Shown here in pieces: positions 23,938-35,176 of a DNA stretch of 36,566 nt. The position numbers and the translations under genes are program-made. The notes beneath the pieces were generated by a model. The model had not been told where the DNA came from, made no database searches, and saw only the letters and a program-made list of their open reading frames with translations. How positions within the stretch are numbered: the first letter of the stretch is position 1; each line of letters starts with the position of its first letter. The stretch is from Fonticula alba ATCC 38817 (taxonomy: Eukaryota > Protista > Nucleariida): NCBI GenBank assembly GCA_000388065.2, contig KB932205.1; one strand, 5' to 3'.

Positions 23938-24197
23938 ACCCCCCCCCCCCCCCTCCCCGCCACACACCCCACGACGCCCCCCCCCCTCCTGCCCCTGCAC
24001 CCGCGCCGGTGCCGCCCGTTTGCCCCCCCCCCCCCTCCTCCCCTTTTCCCTTTCCCCTCCCCCATCGCTCCTCGGCACCCTTCTCTCGCACCTCCTGCCT
24101 CCCTCCCCCCTGCCCGGGCACCGGCGTCCCGCAGCCCGGCGTGGTTCCCCTCTTCCTTTGTCTTCCCTCCGCACCCAGGCTCCCTAGCTCCCGCCCG

Positions 24198-26538
24198 ATG
24201 GTCGCCCCGCCAAGCGTCTCTGCCACCGCGGCGCTGGCCCTCGCAGCGGAGAATGAGGCGACCTCGTCGAGCGCCGCCGCGACCTCGGCCGCCCCCGTTG
24301 GGCCCCCCTCGCTGATGGTGCGCACCCCCTCCCCCCTCTCCCCTGGCCCTCTCTCAGCAGCACCCAAGCCCCCGGCCCTGACCAATGTCGCTACTGGGCC
24401 TGTCCCCTGTCCTCCCCTCCCTCCGGGCCTCCCACACCAACAGGCTGGCTGGGGACTCCCCGGCACCGGGGCACCTGCCAGCACCACCTCGACCGTCAGT
24501 AGCGCTGGCCTATCGGCCACGCTGGCCTCGAGCCTTTCGGCCTCCGTGGCGGCCAGCCCATCGGCCTCGCTGCTGCAACACCAGGCAGCCGGGGCAGGGG
24601 TGTCACCGCCCCGCGCCGCCAGCACGGTCACCGGTCCGACAATGCTCCCGCCGGCCGTGGTCGCGCGCAGATCCCGACCAGTCAAGGCCGCGGCGGCCAC
24701 CGCCCCGGCGGCGGCCGACTCCAATGCCCTTCTCTCCTCACTCCACACCACGGTCGCGGCGGCGGCGGCGGCCGCCGCCGCCGCGGCAACGGCCACCGCG
24801 ACCACCGCCAAGAAGCCACGCTCGACCGGTGCCCGGCGCGCCCGTGCGTCCCCCGCCCCGGAGGTCATCCCCCCGGCTGTGGCTGACATCCCCACCAGCC
24901 AGGCCACGGTGGCCATGCTGGCTGCCGATGCCCCGGCCGCTGGTGCTCCCCCAGCCGCCACGCCGGCCGCTCGCGCGCCACGCCCCCGTGCGCCCTCCAA
25001 AAAGCAGACGGCGACGGCGGCCGCGGGTCCCGACGGCCCAGCACCGCCGGCCAAAGCCAAGCGCGCCCCGGCGGCCCCGCGCGCGCGAAAGGCCACCGCC
25101 GCCACGAAGACCACCACGGGCACCGCCCTGCCGTCGGCCGCAGCGACCGCCACCTTGGCCTCCGCCGCCGCCGCCGCCGCCGCCGCCACCGCCCCGTCTT
25201 CTGCATCGGCGTCCCTGGCCGCGTGTGACCGGCGGGCGGTGGTTGGCGGAGCCCCGGCCCCCTCGCGACCGGCAGATGCGACCGCCCTCCCCCCCCTGCC
25301 GGGGCCCGGCGCCGGGGCTCCGGCCGCCCCGATCACCCCCTCCCGGCCGCGCCCCGGCCCGGGCCGGAATGTCACCCCCCCGCCGGCCACCGGCTCAGCC
25401 TCGGCCAATGCCGCCTCAGCTTCGGCAACCGCGGCCGCGGCCACGACCGGCGCCGGCCCGGCGGGCCCTCCCACCATCGACCTCACCACCAGCACCGAGT
25501 CGGAATATGTGCCCCTCGATGCCACGGTACGCGCCCCCCCCCCTCCCCCCCCTCGCGCCGCCCTCTGCTGCTCCCCCGCGGGCCCCTCCTCCACTCCCTC
25601 GCCAGCGTGTCTCTGACCCCTTTGACGACATGAAGCCGGAGTTCCTGGCCAGCGAGCTGGCCTCCGTGTACGAGGACTTCCCCGGGCTCGGGCTGCGGTA
25701 TCGGCTGACGGCCAAGCTTGGCGAGGGGACATTCAGCTCGGTGTACCGGGCCCGGCGAGCCCCGGGCACCCCCCGGACTGGGCTTCCGCCGCCGGTGCCG
25801 GCCTCCTCGTCGCGAGCCCGTGCGCCGTCCCTGACCAGTCGGGACTTGGAGCTGATCACCTCGGAGCTGGTGTCGCCGCGCGACCGGCGCGACGACGACC
25901 TCGAGGGCCCATACGAGGATGATGGCGGCGGGGAATTCGCCCTGAAGCGGATTTACTTCTCCAGCTCGCCGAGCCGCATTGCGGCCGAGGTGAAATTCCT
26001 CATGGACCTGGGGTGCGTGATGAGCTGCGCCGCCCGTGCGTGCCCCGAGCGCGACCCCGCTGTCACCGGCTAACTCTCCCCACTCCGCCTCCCCCGCCCC
26101 TGGCTCTGGCCGCCCTTGTCCGTGGCTCTGTCTCCCTCCCTCAACAGGGGACGTCACAATGTCATTGCCCTGCACGAGGGCATCCGCAACCAAGACCACG
26201 TGCTGCTGGTGCTGGAGTACTTCCCCCACACGGACTTCCGCCAGTTGCTGGGGCCCGACCCGCCCAGCACGCGGCTCATTCGCCAGTACCTACGCGCGCT
26301 CTTCGAGTCCCTTGCGTACATCCACGTTTGCGGGGTCCTGCACCGGGACCTGAAGCCGGCGAACTTCCTCTTCCACGCGCCCACTGGCCGTGCGCGCCTG
26401 GTGGACTTCGGCCTTGCCCAGTATGCGGTGCGCTTTGTCTTTCCTCCCATGTTGCCGGCTGCGGCATTCCACGCGCTCTTGCCCCCGGGCTTGCCTCCCT
26501 CCGCCGGGTGTCCGCTCGATGTTGACACACACGCACAC

Positions 26539-26600
<62 letters not shown>

Positions 26601-27527
26601 TGCACCGCACACGGGCTGCCCCATGCGCAACAGAGCGAGCTGCAGGGCCCGACCGGCAAGCCCGAAGATGCGGCATCTGTCGGGTCTGGCACGTCGGCCG
26701 CGCCCTCCGCCGCCAACCCTGCCCCGGCCAAGCCGCCGCCCAACAGCCTGTACAAGGGCTCCAATGATGAGGGCCCCGCCGGCTTTTACGACATCGACGA
26801 CCGGTCCGTCCATGGCTCCCGCATATTTTTTTTCCGCCCCCTTGTCGTGGCTCGCCGGATGCTGACGGGCCTACCCTGTGCTCGACTTCGCCTCCCCCCC
26901 CCCCCCCCCCCCCCCCGCCCGGCCAATAGCCCCCGCATGAAGGCCGCCCGCACGGGCACACGTGGATTCCGCGCGCCGGAGGTCCTGCTGAAAAACCGCC
27001 AGCAGACATCGGCCATTGACATCTGGTCGGCCGGCGTGGTGCTGCTGACCCTCTGCACTGGCCGATACCCGTTCTTCCTGTCGCACGACGACCTGGTGGC
27101 CCTGTGGGAGATCCGGGCGGTGGTCGGCCACCAGCGGGTTTTGGCCGCGGCCGAGGCCTGCGGCCGGCGGCTCTTCTGCAGCCCGGTGGCCTCGTGTGCC
27201 GGGCTCGGCCTGGAGTTCCCCTCGATGACCGGCCTCGACCGGGGGTCGACCCAGACCATTGGCCCGGCGCACCGGACCCCGGGCGAGTGTCTGACCCCGG
27301 CCGGGTTGCCGGTGGACGGGCCGCACATCCGCCCGGATGGCTCGGTCGACTGGCGGCTCCTGTGCGAAAGCCTCAATGCCCGGCTGATGCCCGGTCGCCG
27401 GTACCCGGACTCGCTGTTTGACCTCCTGGATCGGTGCCTGGACCCGGTGGCCGCAACGCGTGCCACCGCCGCCGAGCTCCTGCACCACCCGTTCCTCATG
27501 TCGGCCGGTGATGACTGGACGTGGTGA
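24198..27527 (+). CDS. CDC7: CDC7 (DDK catalytic subunit) serine/threonine kinase with a long Ala/Pro-rich N-terminal extension, about 927 aa
   Basis: CDC7-type motifs KLGEGTFSSVY, ALKRIYFSSSPSRIAAEVKFL, HRDLKPANFL, LVDFGLAQ, a kinase insert, ARTGTRGFRAPEVL, QTSAIDIWSAGV, GRYPFF and ATAAELLHHPF. Exons 24198-25526, 25606-26012, 26148-26427, 26634-26803, 26930-27527. The start codon is uncertain; an acceptor at 24178 suggests an upstream exon. Confidence 0.9.
26525..26598 (+). repeat. (CA)n microsatellite in a CDC7 intron
   Basis: Read directly; lies within intron 26428-26633. Confidence 0.95.
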
Positions 27528-27923
27528 TGGTCCGGCCCAGGGGGAAGGGGAGGGGGGGGGGCGCCGTACGGCCCTCCCCCGCCCAATCATCGCAACATCC
27601 GTCGCCCCTTTGGCTTCCTCCCCCCCCCCCCCCCCCCCCCTATCTCGCCCTTGTGTTTCCCTCTCTCCTTCTGTAAAATAGCCCCCCCTTGTGTTCCCTT
27701 GTTCCCTTGTTCTGCGGGCCTTTTCCGCGCTGATCGCTGCCGGGTGCATTGTGGGTCATGAGTGTGGAATGGTATTCTGCGTATCACGGGGAGGTCACGC
27801 CGGGGTGCTCCTTCTGCTCAGGTATTTGGCGCGATTTCATGCGTTCGGGGGGGGGGGGCCGGTTGCAAACACAACCGAGCGACGCCACTGCCCTCGGGCG
27901 GTGGGGGGGGGGGGGCTGGTGGC

Positions 27924-28481
27924 NNNNNNNNNNNNNNNNNNNNNNNNNNNNNNNNNNNNNNNNNNNNNNNNNNNNNNNNNNNNNNNNNNNNNNNNNNNNN
28001 NNNNNNNNNNNNNNNNNNNNNNNNNNNNNNNNNNNNNNNNNNNNNNNNNNNNNNNNNNNNNNNNNNNNNNNNNNNNNNNNNNNNNNNNNNNNNNNNNNNN
28101 NNNNNNNNNNNNNNNNNNNNNNNNNNNNNNNNNNNNNNNNNNNNNNNNNNNNNNNNNNNNNNNNNNNNNNNNNNNNNNNNNNNNNNNNNNNNNNNNNNNN
28201 NNNNNNNNNNNNNNNNNNNNNNNNNNNNNNNNNNNNNNNNNNNNNNNNNNNNNNNNNNNNNNNNNNNNNNNNNNNNNNNNNNNNNNNNNNNNNNNNNNNN
28301 NNNNNNNNNNNNNNNNNNNNNNNNNNNNNNNNNNNNNNNNNNNNNNNNNNNNNNNNNNNNNNNNNNNNNNNNNNNNNNNNNNNNNNNNNNNNNNNNNNNN
28401 NNNNNNNNNNNNNNNNNNNNNNNNNNNNNNNNNNNNNNNNNNNNNNNNNNNNNNNNNNNNNNNNNNNNNNNNNNNNNNNNN
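27924..28481. other. Assembly gap (N run) hiding the 5' end of the DUF962 gene
   Basis: N bases preceded by a G-rich run. Confidence 1.
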
Positions 28482-28981
28482 TCTATGTGTTCCAGCACAG
28501 CGATCGCACCAACCGGCGCCTGCACTGTACGCATCATCACCGGCCCTCCTCGGCACTCTCTCCCTGTCTCTCGCTGTTTCTCCTTGTCTTTCTGCGCCTC
28601 TGCTTGCCTCTCTCCTTGTCGCTATGCCATCTGACTGGTGTACCTCCGCCGCCAGTTGCCGGCACCACGGCCGGTCTGGCGGCTCTGACCGCGGCCGTCG
28701 TCCTCAAGAACCCCCTCTTCATTCTGGGCGGCATCATCACTTCCTATGCCTTTGCCTGGGTGCGCACGGGCTTTGCCCCCCCCCCCCCCCCCCCGCCTCG
28801 ATGCCATGAGTTCCATCCCCTGCTGGCCTGCCTGCTTCTAACACATGCCACCCCGCGAACATAGGTTGGCCACTTCTTCTTCGAGAAGAACAAGCCCGCG
28901 ACCTTCAAGCACCCGATGTGGTCGCTCATGGGGGACTTCCGCATGTACTGGGAGCTCCTGACCGGGAAGATCCCCCTTTAA
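28482..28981 (+). CDS. DUF962 / Mpo1-family small membrane protein, 5'-partial (start in gap)
   Basis: Spliced YVFQHSDRTNRRLHFAGTT...YAFAWVGHFFFEKNKPATFKHPMWSLMGDFRMYWELLTGKIPL, which carries the DUF962 H-x5-R-x-L-H and W-x-GH-xx-FE-K-N-x-PA motifs. Exons (gap)28482-28526, 28656-28759, 28865-28981. Confidence 0.88.
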
Positions 28982-29182
28982 GGAGATGCCTGCCTTTTTT
29001 TTCCCCCCTCCCTCTCCTCAGAGCATGGCCCTGGGCCGAAGTCGCATCCTCGCCCACAAGGCGTCTTCCCAAAATACACCTTCCCACACGGGTGTGTCAG
29101 AAGAGAACAGAGGGGAGCCGACCCGCGCCGCGGGAACTGTATTGCTGTGCGCTGGTCGGTGCACGTGCACCAGATTGGGCCA

Positions 29183-29689
29183 TCAGGTGCCGCTGTGCTC
29201 GGCTGCATGGGATGCGGCCAGCAGGGCCAGCGTCATCGGCTCGTAAACGGCCTGCGGTGCCGCGAGACAAGACCACCCGGTAGGAACAGCCGGTAAGTAG
29301 GCGAGCCAAGGGGGGCGAGATGGCAAGATGACAATGCGCACGCACGGTATCCAATGCGCGCTGGGTATTCAGCAGGAGATCAACCCCCGTCGAGGTCTGG
29401 TCCAAGAGGTGGGCCACACGCGCTGTCCAGGGACCCATGCGGAATCCCCGGCACACGGGCCGTGCCGAGGCGGAGGACGGGCAGGGAGCGGGGGGGGGGT
29501 CAGTGCCAGCGAGACGGATGGGCAAGGAAAGGCCGATGGCCACGCACCAAGGCGATTGGAGATTGAATGAAGAGCCTGGGCCAGCTGCTCGTTGGACACC
29601 TGGGAGTACTGCGGGGAGGAGGCGTGGGAGCTGCTGCCAGGCACACGAAGCCCCGAGGCCCCGGGTTCCAAGGGACCCTGTTGGCTCAT
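29183..29689 (-). CDS. Small three-exon helical microprotein (95 aa), not represented in the ORF track; weak resemblance to DASH/Dam1-complex Dad1/Dad4 subunits
   Basis: Exons 29689-29548, 29422-29346, 29251-29183. Both donors are GTGCGT, both acceptors are CAG, and phases 1 and 0 are consistent. Product: MSQQGPLEPGASGLRVPGSSSHASSPQYSQVSNEQLAQALHSISNRLARVAHLLDQTSTGVDLLLNTQRALDTAVYEPMTLALLAASHAAEHSGT. The family resemblance is by eye only. Confidence 0.6.
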
Positions 29690-29881
29690 GTCGGCATGGG
29701 GAGGAAGCAGGAGAGGCGAAGGTGGGGAGGGGGATATGCGAGGCTGCTCTGGCCGGGCGGCCCCGAGGCCGGAGGCACTTCCAGCCCAGCAGGGCAAAAG
29801 AGCCATGCCTTGAGGCAACACGCCAAAAGGGTCCCCGGGCCTCCGCCGCCCAGCCGCTTCCGAGCACAGGCCCCCCCCCCC

Positions 29882-29891
29882 NNNNNNNNNN
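29882..29891. other. Assembly gap (N run) inside a poly-C tract
   Basis: N bases flanked by C runs. Confidence 1.
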
Positions 29892-30352
29892 CCCCCCCCG
29901 GGCGCGGCGCCAGCCATATCTCAGGCAGGACGCCGGCCACAAGCCCGGCAGCAATCGAACCAGCAGCCCGATCCGTTGGCATCTGACACGTGTGGCCGCC
30001 CCCAACCCAGTCTCCCTTCCTTCGCCTTGCCTTGGGCTCCCCGAGGGAGGAACCAGGCCTTGCCAGATCCTCTCATTCCCCGGCGGGGTGTGTCACATTT
30101 TTGGGATGCTCCCACAGGGGCCGGCGCTGTGTAAGCTGCGACCAGCTGCCCCACCCTCCTGTGCTGCTCGCCTGCCCGATAACCTGCCTCCCTTTCCCTT
30201 TTGTTGCTGCCCCCTTCCCCTCCGCCCCTCCCCCCCCCCTCCCCTCCCTTCCCTCCCCCTCTCTCTCTCTCTCTCCCCCCCGCCCCCAACTCGCTGCTTC
30301 TCCACTTTGATTTCCCCTCCCGGTCCCCTGCCTCCCGCTGGTCTGGCGTACC

Positions 30353-31377
30353 ATGCTTCAGCCCGTCCTTCGCCGCTCGCTGATCGCAGGCTTCGGCGCG
30401 CCGGCGCACCTGCGCTCGGCCGGCAGCTCCACGCTCCTGCGTGCTAGCATCATCCAAGGAACCCATGCCTACCGGGCCCCGAGCCTGGCTGCTGCCTATG
30501 CTACGGTACCTCCTGGCCGGAGGAAGCCGCTGTCCGCCGCCCAGTACACCACCCTGGCCCTGGACCCGGCGCCGGCAGGCAGCAATGTGCCCTTTCTGAA
30601 TCAGCTGCACTCAATGCGCCAGCGCCGTCAGGATCTCTTCCAGCGCGCCCTCCGCCGGCAGCATGCCAACCTGCAGAGCATGCACCTCGGGTCGGAGGAG
30701 GTGTTCGTGACTCTCCGCCTGCTCGGGGCCAAGGAGCCCCTGCTGACGGTCCGGGCCAGTGCCCTCAGCTCTCCGGCCGGGCTTCTGCATGACTTGGTGG
30801 CCTTTCCCGATCGGCTGGAGTCGCAGGTTCTCCTGTCGCCGCAGGTTTCGCCGGGAGGGCACCTGCGTCCGCTGTCGCGTCTGTGGGATCGCGTTCAGGC
30901 CCGGGCCGCGGTGGCCATCCTCACTCCGGCCGGCGCCAATCCCGAACCCCCGGGTGGCCTGGTGGCCGCCGGGGCGGCGCATCGCCACACGGCGCACCTG
31001 GCCGAACGGTCCTTCATCATGGACGTCGGCCAGCCCTTCAGCGAGCCACTTCCCAATGGGGGCTTCACCTCGCCCAGGGGCGGCCGCGAGTTCACCCTGG
31101 AGTTCGCCTTCATGACCTCCTCCTTCCAGTCCTTGGACAATGGCTTCCCGGATGAGTCTGACGGGCTGGATGCCGTGCGCCCGGCCTGGACTCCCGGACC
31201 CGAGGACAGGTGCGCACCCGGGCGCTGCTCTCTTGCTCCCTTCCCCCCTTGCCCCGCACCCTAGCCGGCTTTCCTCCAGGCCGGCACGGCCCCTCGGCCG
31301 ATGTCATGCCGCCTCTGCCGCCCCCGCGCCCGCCCCCTGCCCGGCCGCCGACGCGCATGCGCATGCGCAAGCCTGCT

Positions 31378-31426
<49 letters not shown>

Positions 31427-33624
31427 CCATCTACCCGCAGCAACCAGTTTGCCCGGTCGGCCCTGCGCGATGCCTATTGGCACTCATCGGCCCATGTGCT
31501 GGGTGCGGCGCTTGAGGCGCACTTCGGGCCGCGTCTGTTCCTGGCCGATGGGCCGCCCGTGTCGCGTGGCGGCTTCTTCTATGAGTTCGGTGTGCTTCCC
31601 TCGCCGGAGAGCGCGGTCCCCTGCCCCACCATGCTCTCGGCCAATTCGATCTACTCGCCGGATGGCAAGGTGTACCGGCAGCCGGCGCCGGCCGATGCTC
31701 ACCAGCAGCTGTCGTCCGGGAGCGACGGGGCTGCGCCCCGGCGCCTGTCCGGCTCGTCGATCATCTCCCCCACCACCGTGACCGCCACGCTGGTGAATCC
31801 TTCGCAGGATTGCCACCCCCATGGCCACGAGCATGGCCACGAGCATGACGCCTCGTGCGGGTCCCTGGTCCCTGGCCACCAGATGGCCCCATGCGCCGCG
31901 CGGGTGGATCCCTCGCAGCTGTCCATCGGCACGGGGAATGTCCTGATGGAGGCCGATCGCACGGCGGTCGAAAAGCTGGCCTCGGAGATCTCCCGCGGGC
32001 GCTATGCCTTTGAGCGCGCCCTTGTCACGCGCGAGGTGCGGCCACTTCCGGGGCACGGGGCGCGGGGGCCGGGGTCGCATGTGTTCGCCGCTGCCCCGCC
32101 CTCCGGGCCAGGATCACATTCATGTGTGGGGTGCTGGGGCTTTTTTTTTTTCTTGGTGCCTGCCCGCCAGTGGCCACTGACCCGACAATGTGACATGCAC
32201 CCTGGCCGGCGTCCTGCAGGAGGCCTTGGATGCATTCTCGGAGAACCCCTTCAAGGCGCACTTCCTGGAGAAGCTCCCGAGTGATGCCATTATCACCCTC
32301 TACCGGATTGGCAACTTCATCGATCTCTGCCGGGGCCCGCATATCCAGCACACGGGCCATGTGCGTTTGGGGTTTCTCCCCGCGACGCGCGCGCTTGTCG
32401 GCCTGCCTCCCACTCCTCCCGACTGCCATGACTGACCCTCTCGACCCTCTTGGCCATCTCCCCCTCCCCCCGGCCGGTAGATTCAATCCCTGTCTTTGAG
32501 CCAGACGACGCGGGCATACTGGCTGTCGGACTCGTCGCAGCCGCAGCTGGCTCGGTCGTACGCCATCGCCTTCCCTCCGGGGAAGCTGGTCGGTGCGCGT
32601 CTGCCCGCCCCGGCCAAGGGCCAGAGTTCGGCGGTCTCCGGTGCGGCCGCCCGGTGGGAGGCCTCGCTGCGGGTCCAGCAGCAGCGCGACCACCGGCAAG
32701 TGGGCAAGCGCCAGCGTCTGTTCATGATGCACGACTTCGCCCCCGGCAGTGTCTTCATGCTGCCGCATGGGACTCGCATTTACAATCGCGTACGTCCGCC
32801 CGCCCTATGGGCCCCGGCATCAGGGGAGACACCGGCCTGACATGGGGGGCAGGGGAGGGCGGGGGGGGGGCACCTGCTTGGCCTTCTCATCCTCGGTGCT
32901 TGCCTTGCCGGTTCTCTTGTCCGCGGACTGACCGCCCTTGGATTTGCAGCTGGTCGAGTTCCTCCGGTCCCAGTACCGCGTCTTCGGGTATGAGGAGGTG
33001 GTCACGCCGCAGCTCTACACCCCGGAGCTCTGGAAGACCAGCGGCCACTGGGATAACTACCGTGAGGACATGTTCGCCGTGGCCGGCGTCAATGAGGTGG
33101 AGCCCCTGGCCGCAGGCGGGCATGACCCCGGTGCGCATGACCATGCTGGCGGGTGCTCGCACACCCATGCCGGCGGCATCAAGGAGCTCATGGGCCTCAA
33201 GCCGATGAATTGCCCGGGCCACTGCCTGATCTTCGCCAGCGACACCCGGTCTCACCGCGATCTGCCCATCCGCATGGCCGACTTCAGCCCCCTGCACCGG
33301 TACGTTGTGAATCCTTGATCGAGGGGCGGGGGCGGGGGCGGGGGGGTCCCACTGTCTGGGACTGGCTTGCGGACTTGCTCCGGCCATGGGGTAACTCATG
33401 CTTCGTGTCGGCCCTCCTCCTCCACCTGGCTCCATCTCACGTTGGCTGCTTCCTTCGACCTTCGCGGCTCCTCTCCCTCCTCAGGAATGAGTTGTCTGGT
33501 GCCCTCAACGGCCTGATGCGTGTGCGCAAGTTCTCCCAGGACGACGCGCATATTTTCTGCACGCTGGACCAGGTACACGCATGGGCCCTGCCCGCCAATC
33601 TTTGCCTGCCATTGGACAATCGCC

Positions 33625-33697
<73 letters not shown>

Positions 33698-35064
33698 ACC
33701 CTCGGATCCGTCCCTTCTTTCCCTCCCCCGCCCCTCTTGCCGCAGGTTGAGTCGGAAATTTCCAACTGCCTCGATTTCATCGATCGCGTGTACAAGCTCT
33801 TCGGGTTCAAGTACATCGTGGCACTGTCCACGCGTCCGGATAACTACATCGGCTCCCTGTCTGACTGGGACAATGCCGAGAGCGCTCTGCAGCGCGGTGC
33901 GCCATTTGCCCCTCCTTTCGTCCTTTTCTCCTTTTCCCACCTCGCCCTCCCTCTCCATCTATGCACACACAGACACACACACACATACATACATACATAC
34001 ATACAATTACGCGCAGCCCCTTCTGACATCATGGCCTCGCTTGCCCGCCTCCGATGGCTCTACACACGCCCTCCTGCTTTCCACCTCCCTCGGCTCCCTC
34101 CCTCGCAGCCCTCCAGAATGCCGACATCCCCTTCACACTCAACCCCGGCGATGGGGCCTTCTACGGCCCAAAGATTGACATCCAGGTGGCCGACACCCAT
34201 GGCCGCTTCTTCCAGACGGCCACCATCCAGCTGGACTTCCAGCTGCCTCGCCGCTTCAATTTGAAGTACACGGCCGCCAGCGGGGCCGACGCCGGGGCCG
34301 ACGCCGGGACCCGCTCGCACCTGAAGACCCCGGTGATGGTGCACCGGGCCATTCTCGGCAGTGTGGAGCGCATGTTCGGCATCCTCTGCGAGCATTGGGG
34401 CGGCCGCTGGCCGCTTTGGCTGTCGCCGCGCCATGCGCTCGTGTGTGCCGTGCACCCAGACCACGCGGCCTATGCCGGCGAGGTGGCTGACCTCCTGTCC
34501 GACATGGGCTTCTTCGTGGATAGCTCCTCGGTGGAGAAGAAGTCGGCGGCGGCCGCCGGCCAGGCCTCTGGCGAGGGCCAGGCCGCCGCCGCCGCCGCCG
34601 CCCCGCCGGAGCCCTCGGCCGCGCAGGTCCCCCGTCGGAGCATCGGTGTTCCTCGGTCATCCAGCCTGCGGCAGTCCATTTCCGATGCCTACCGGCTGGG
34701 GTACTCGTATGCCCTGATCGTGGGCAATTCCGAGCGGGCCAACCGGGCGGTGACCATCCGCGGGACCGTCCCGCCAGATGGTGGTGCCCCGCCCCAGACC
34801 ACCCTGCCGCTGGTGGACTTCGCCCGGTGGCTGCGGTACTCCACCAATGCCGAGCTGGCGGTCATGCACCACTTCGGCCGGCCATCGGTCACTGGCCAGG
34901 TGAACCTCTCTTCGGCCGACCTGACCGATGCCACGGATCGGTCCGGCTGGATGGTCGACCCGGCGGGCATCCTCCCCCGGAAGTCGGACATCTTCCGCTG
35001 GGCGGCCGCCGGGTGCCCTGTTCTCCCGGGCGAGGGTCCCGGCGCATCGGACATCAATCTCTAG
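30353..35064 (+). CDS. TARS2: Threonyl-tRNA synthetase of eukaryotic type, probably mitochondrial, about 1148 aa
   Basis: Editing motifs YWHSSAH and IDLCRGPH; RDHRQVGK; LWKTSGHW; Zn ligands in [14 protein letters not shown] and VHRA; [12 protein letters not shown]; [10 protein letters not shown]; GRWPLWLSP anticodon-binding domain. The N-terminus is rich in Arg/Ser/Leu/Ala and poor in acidic residues. Eight phase-consistent exons: 30353-31209, 31441-32035, 32220-32360, 32481-32789, 32950-33299, 33485-33572, 33746-33896, 34109-35064. ThrRS identity is secure; mitochondrial targeting is inferred. Confidence 0.93.
31379..31424 (+). repeat. (CA)n microsatellite in ThrRS intron 1
   Basis: Read directly; ends 16 nt before the acceptor at 31440. 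Confidence 0.95.
33628..33696 (+). repeat. (CA)n microsatellite in ThrRS intron 6
   Basis: Read directly; lies within intron 33573-33745. Confidence 0.95.
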
Positions 35065-35176
35065 AAGCCGCGTGGCATTTTCCTCTGGCCCCTTGACGCG
35101 GCACAAGTCCCCTGCTCCCGGTTCCGAGTCCCTTCCTTCGTATGCGTGTGTATGTGCATGCACTCATGCCGACCAG

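Noticed and set aside
23294-24178. Additional upstream coding exons for CDC7 (donors near 23702 and 23881, acceptor 24178)
   Set aside because: I could not build a phase-consistent ATG-initiated model. These may be 5' UTR introns, and the long poly-C runs make the frame unreliable.
9640-28981. A sphingolipid gene cluster (CWH43 + ALDH + Mpo1-like)
   Set aside because: The ALDH is not of the ALDH3/Hfd1 fatty-aldehyde type, and unrelated genes (ARMC7, CDC7) intervene. Chance proximity in a compact genome is enough to explain it.
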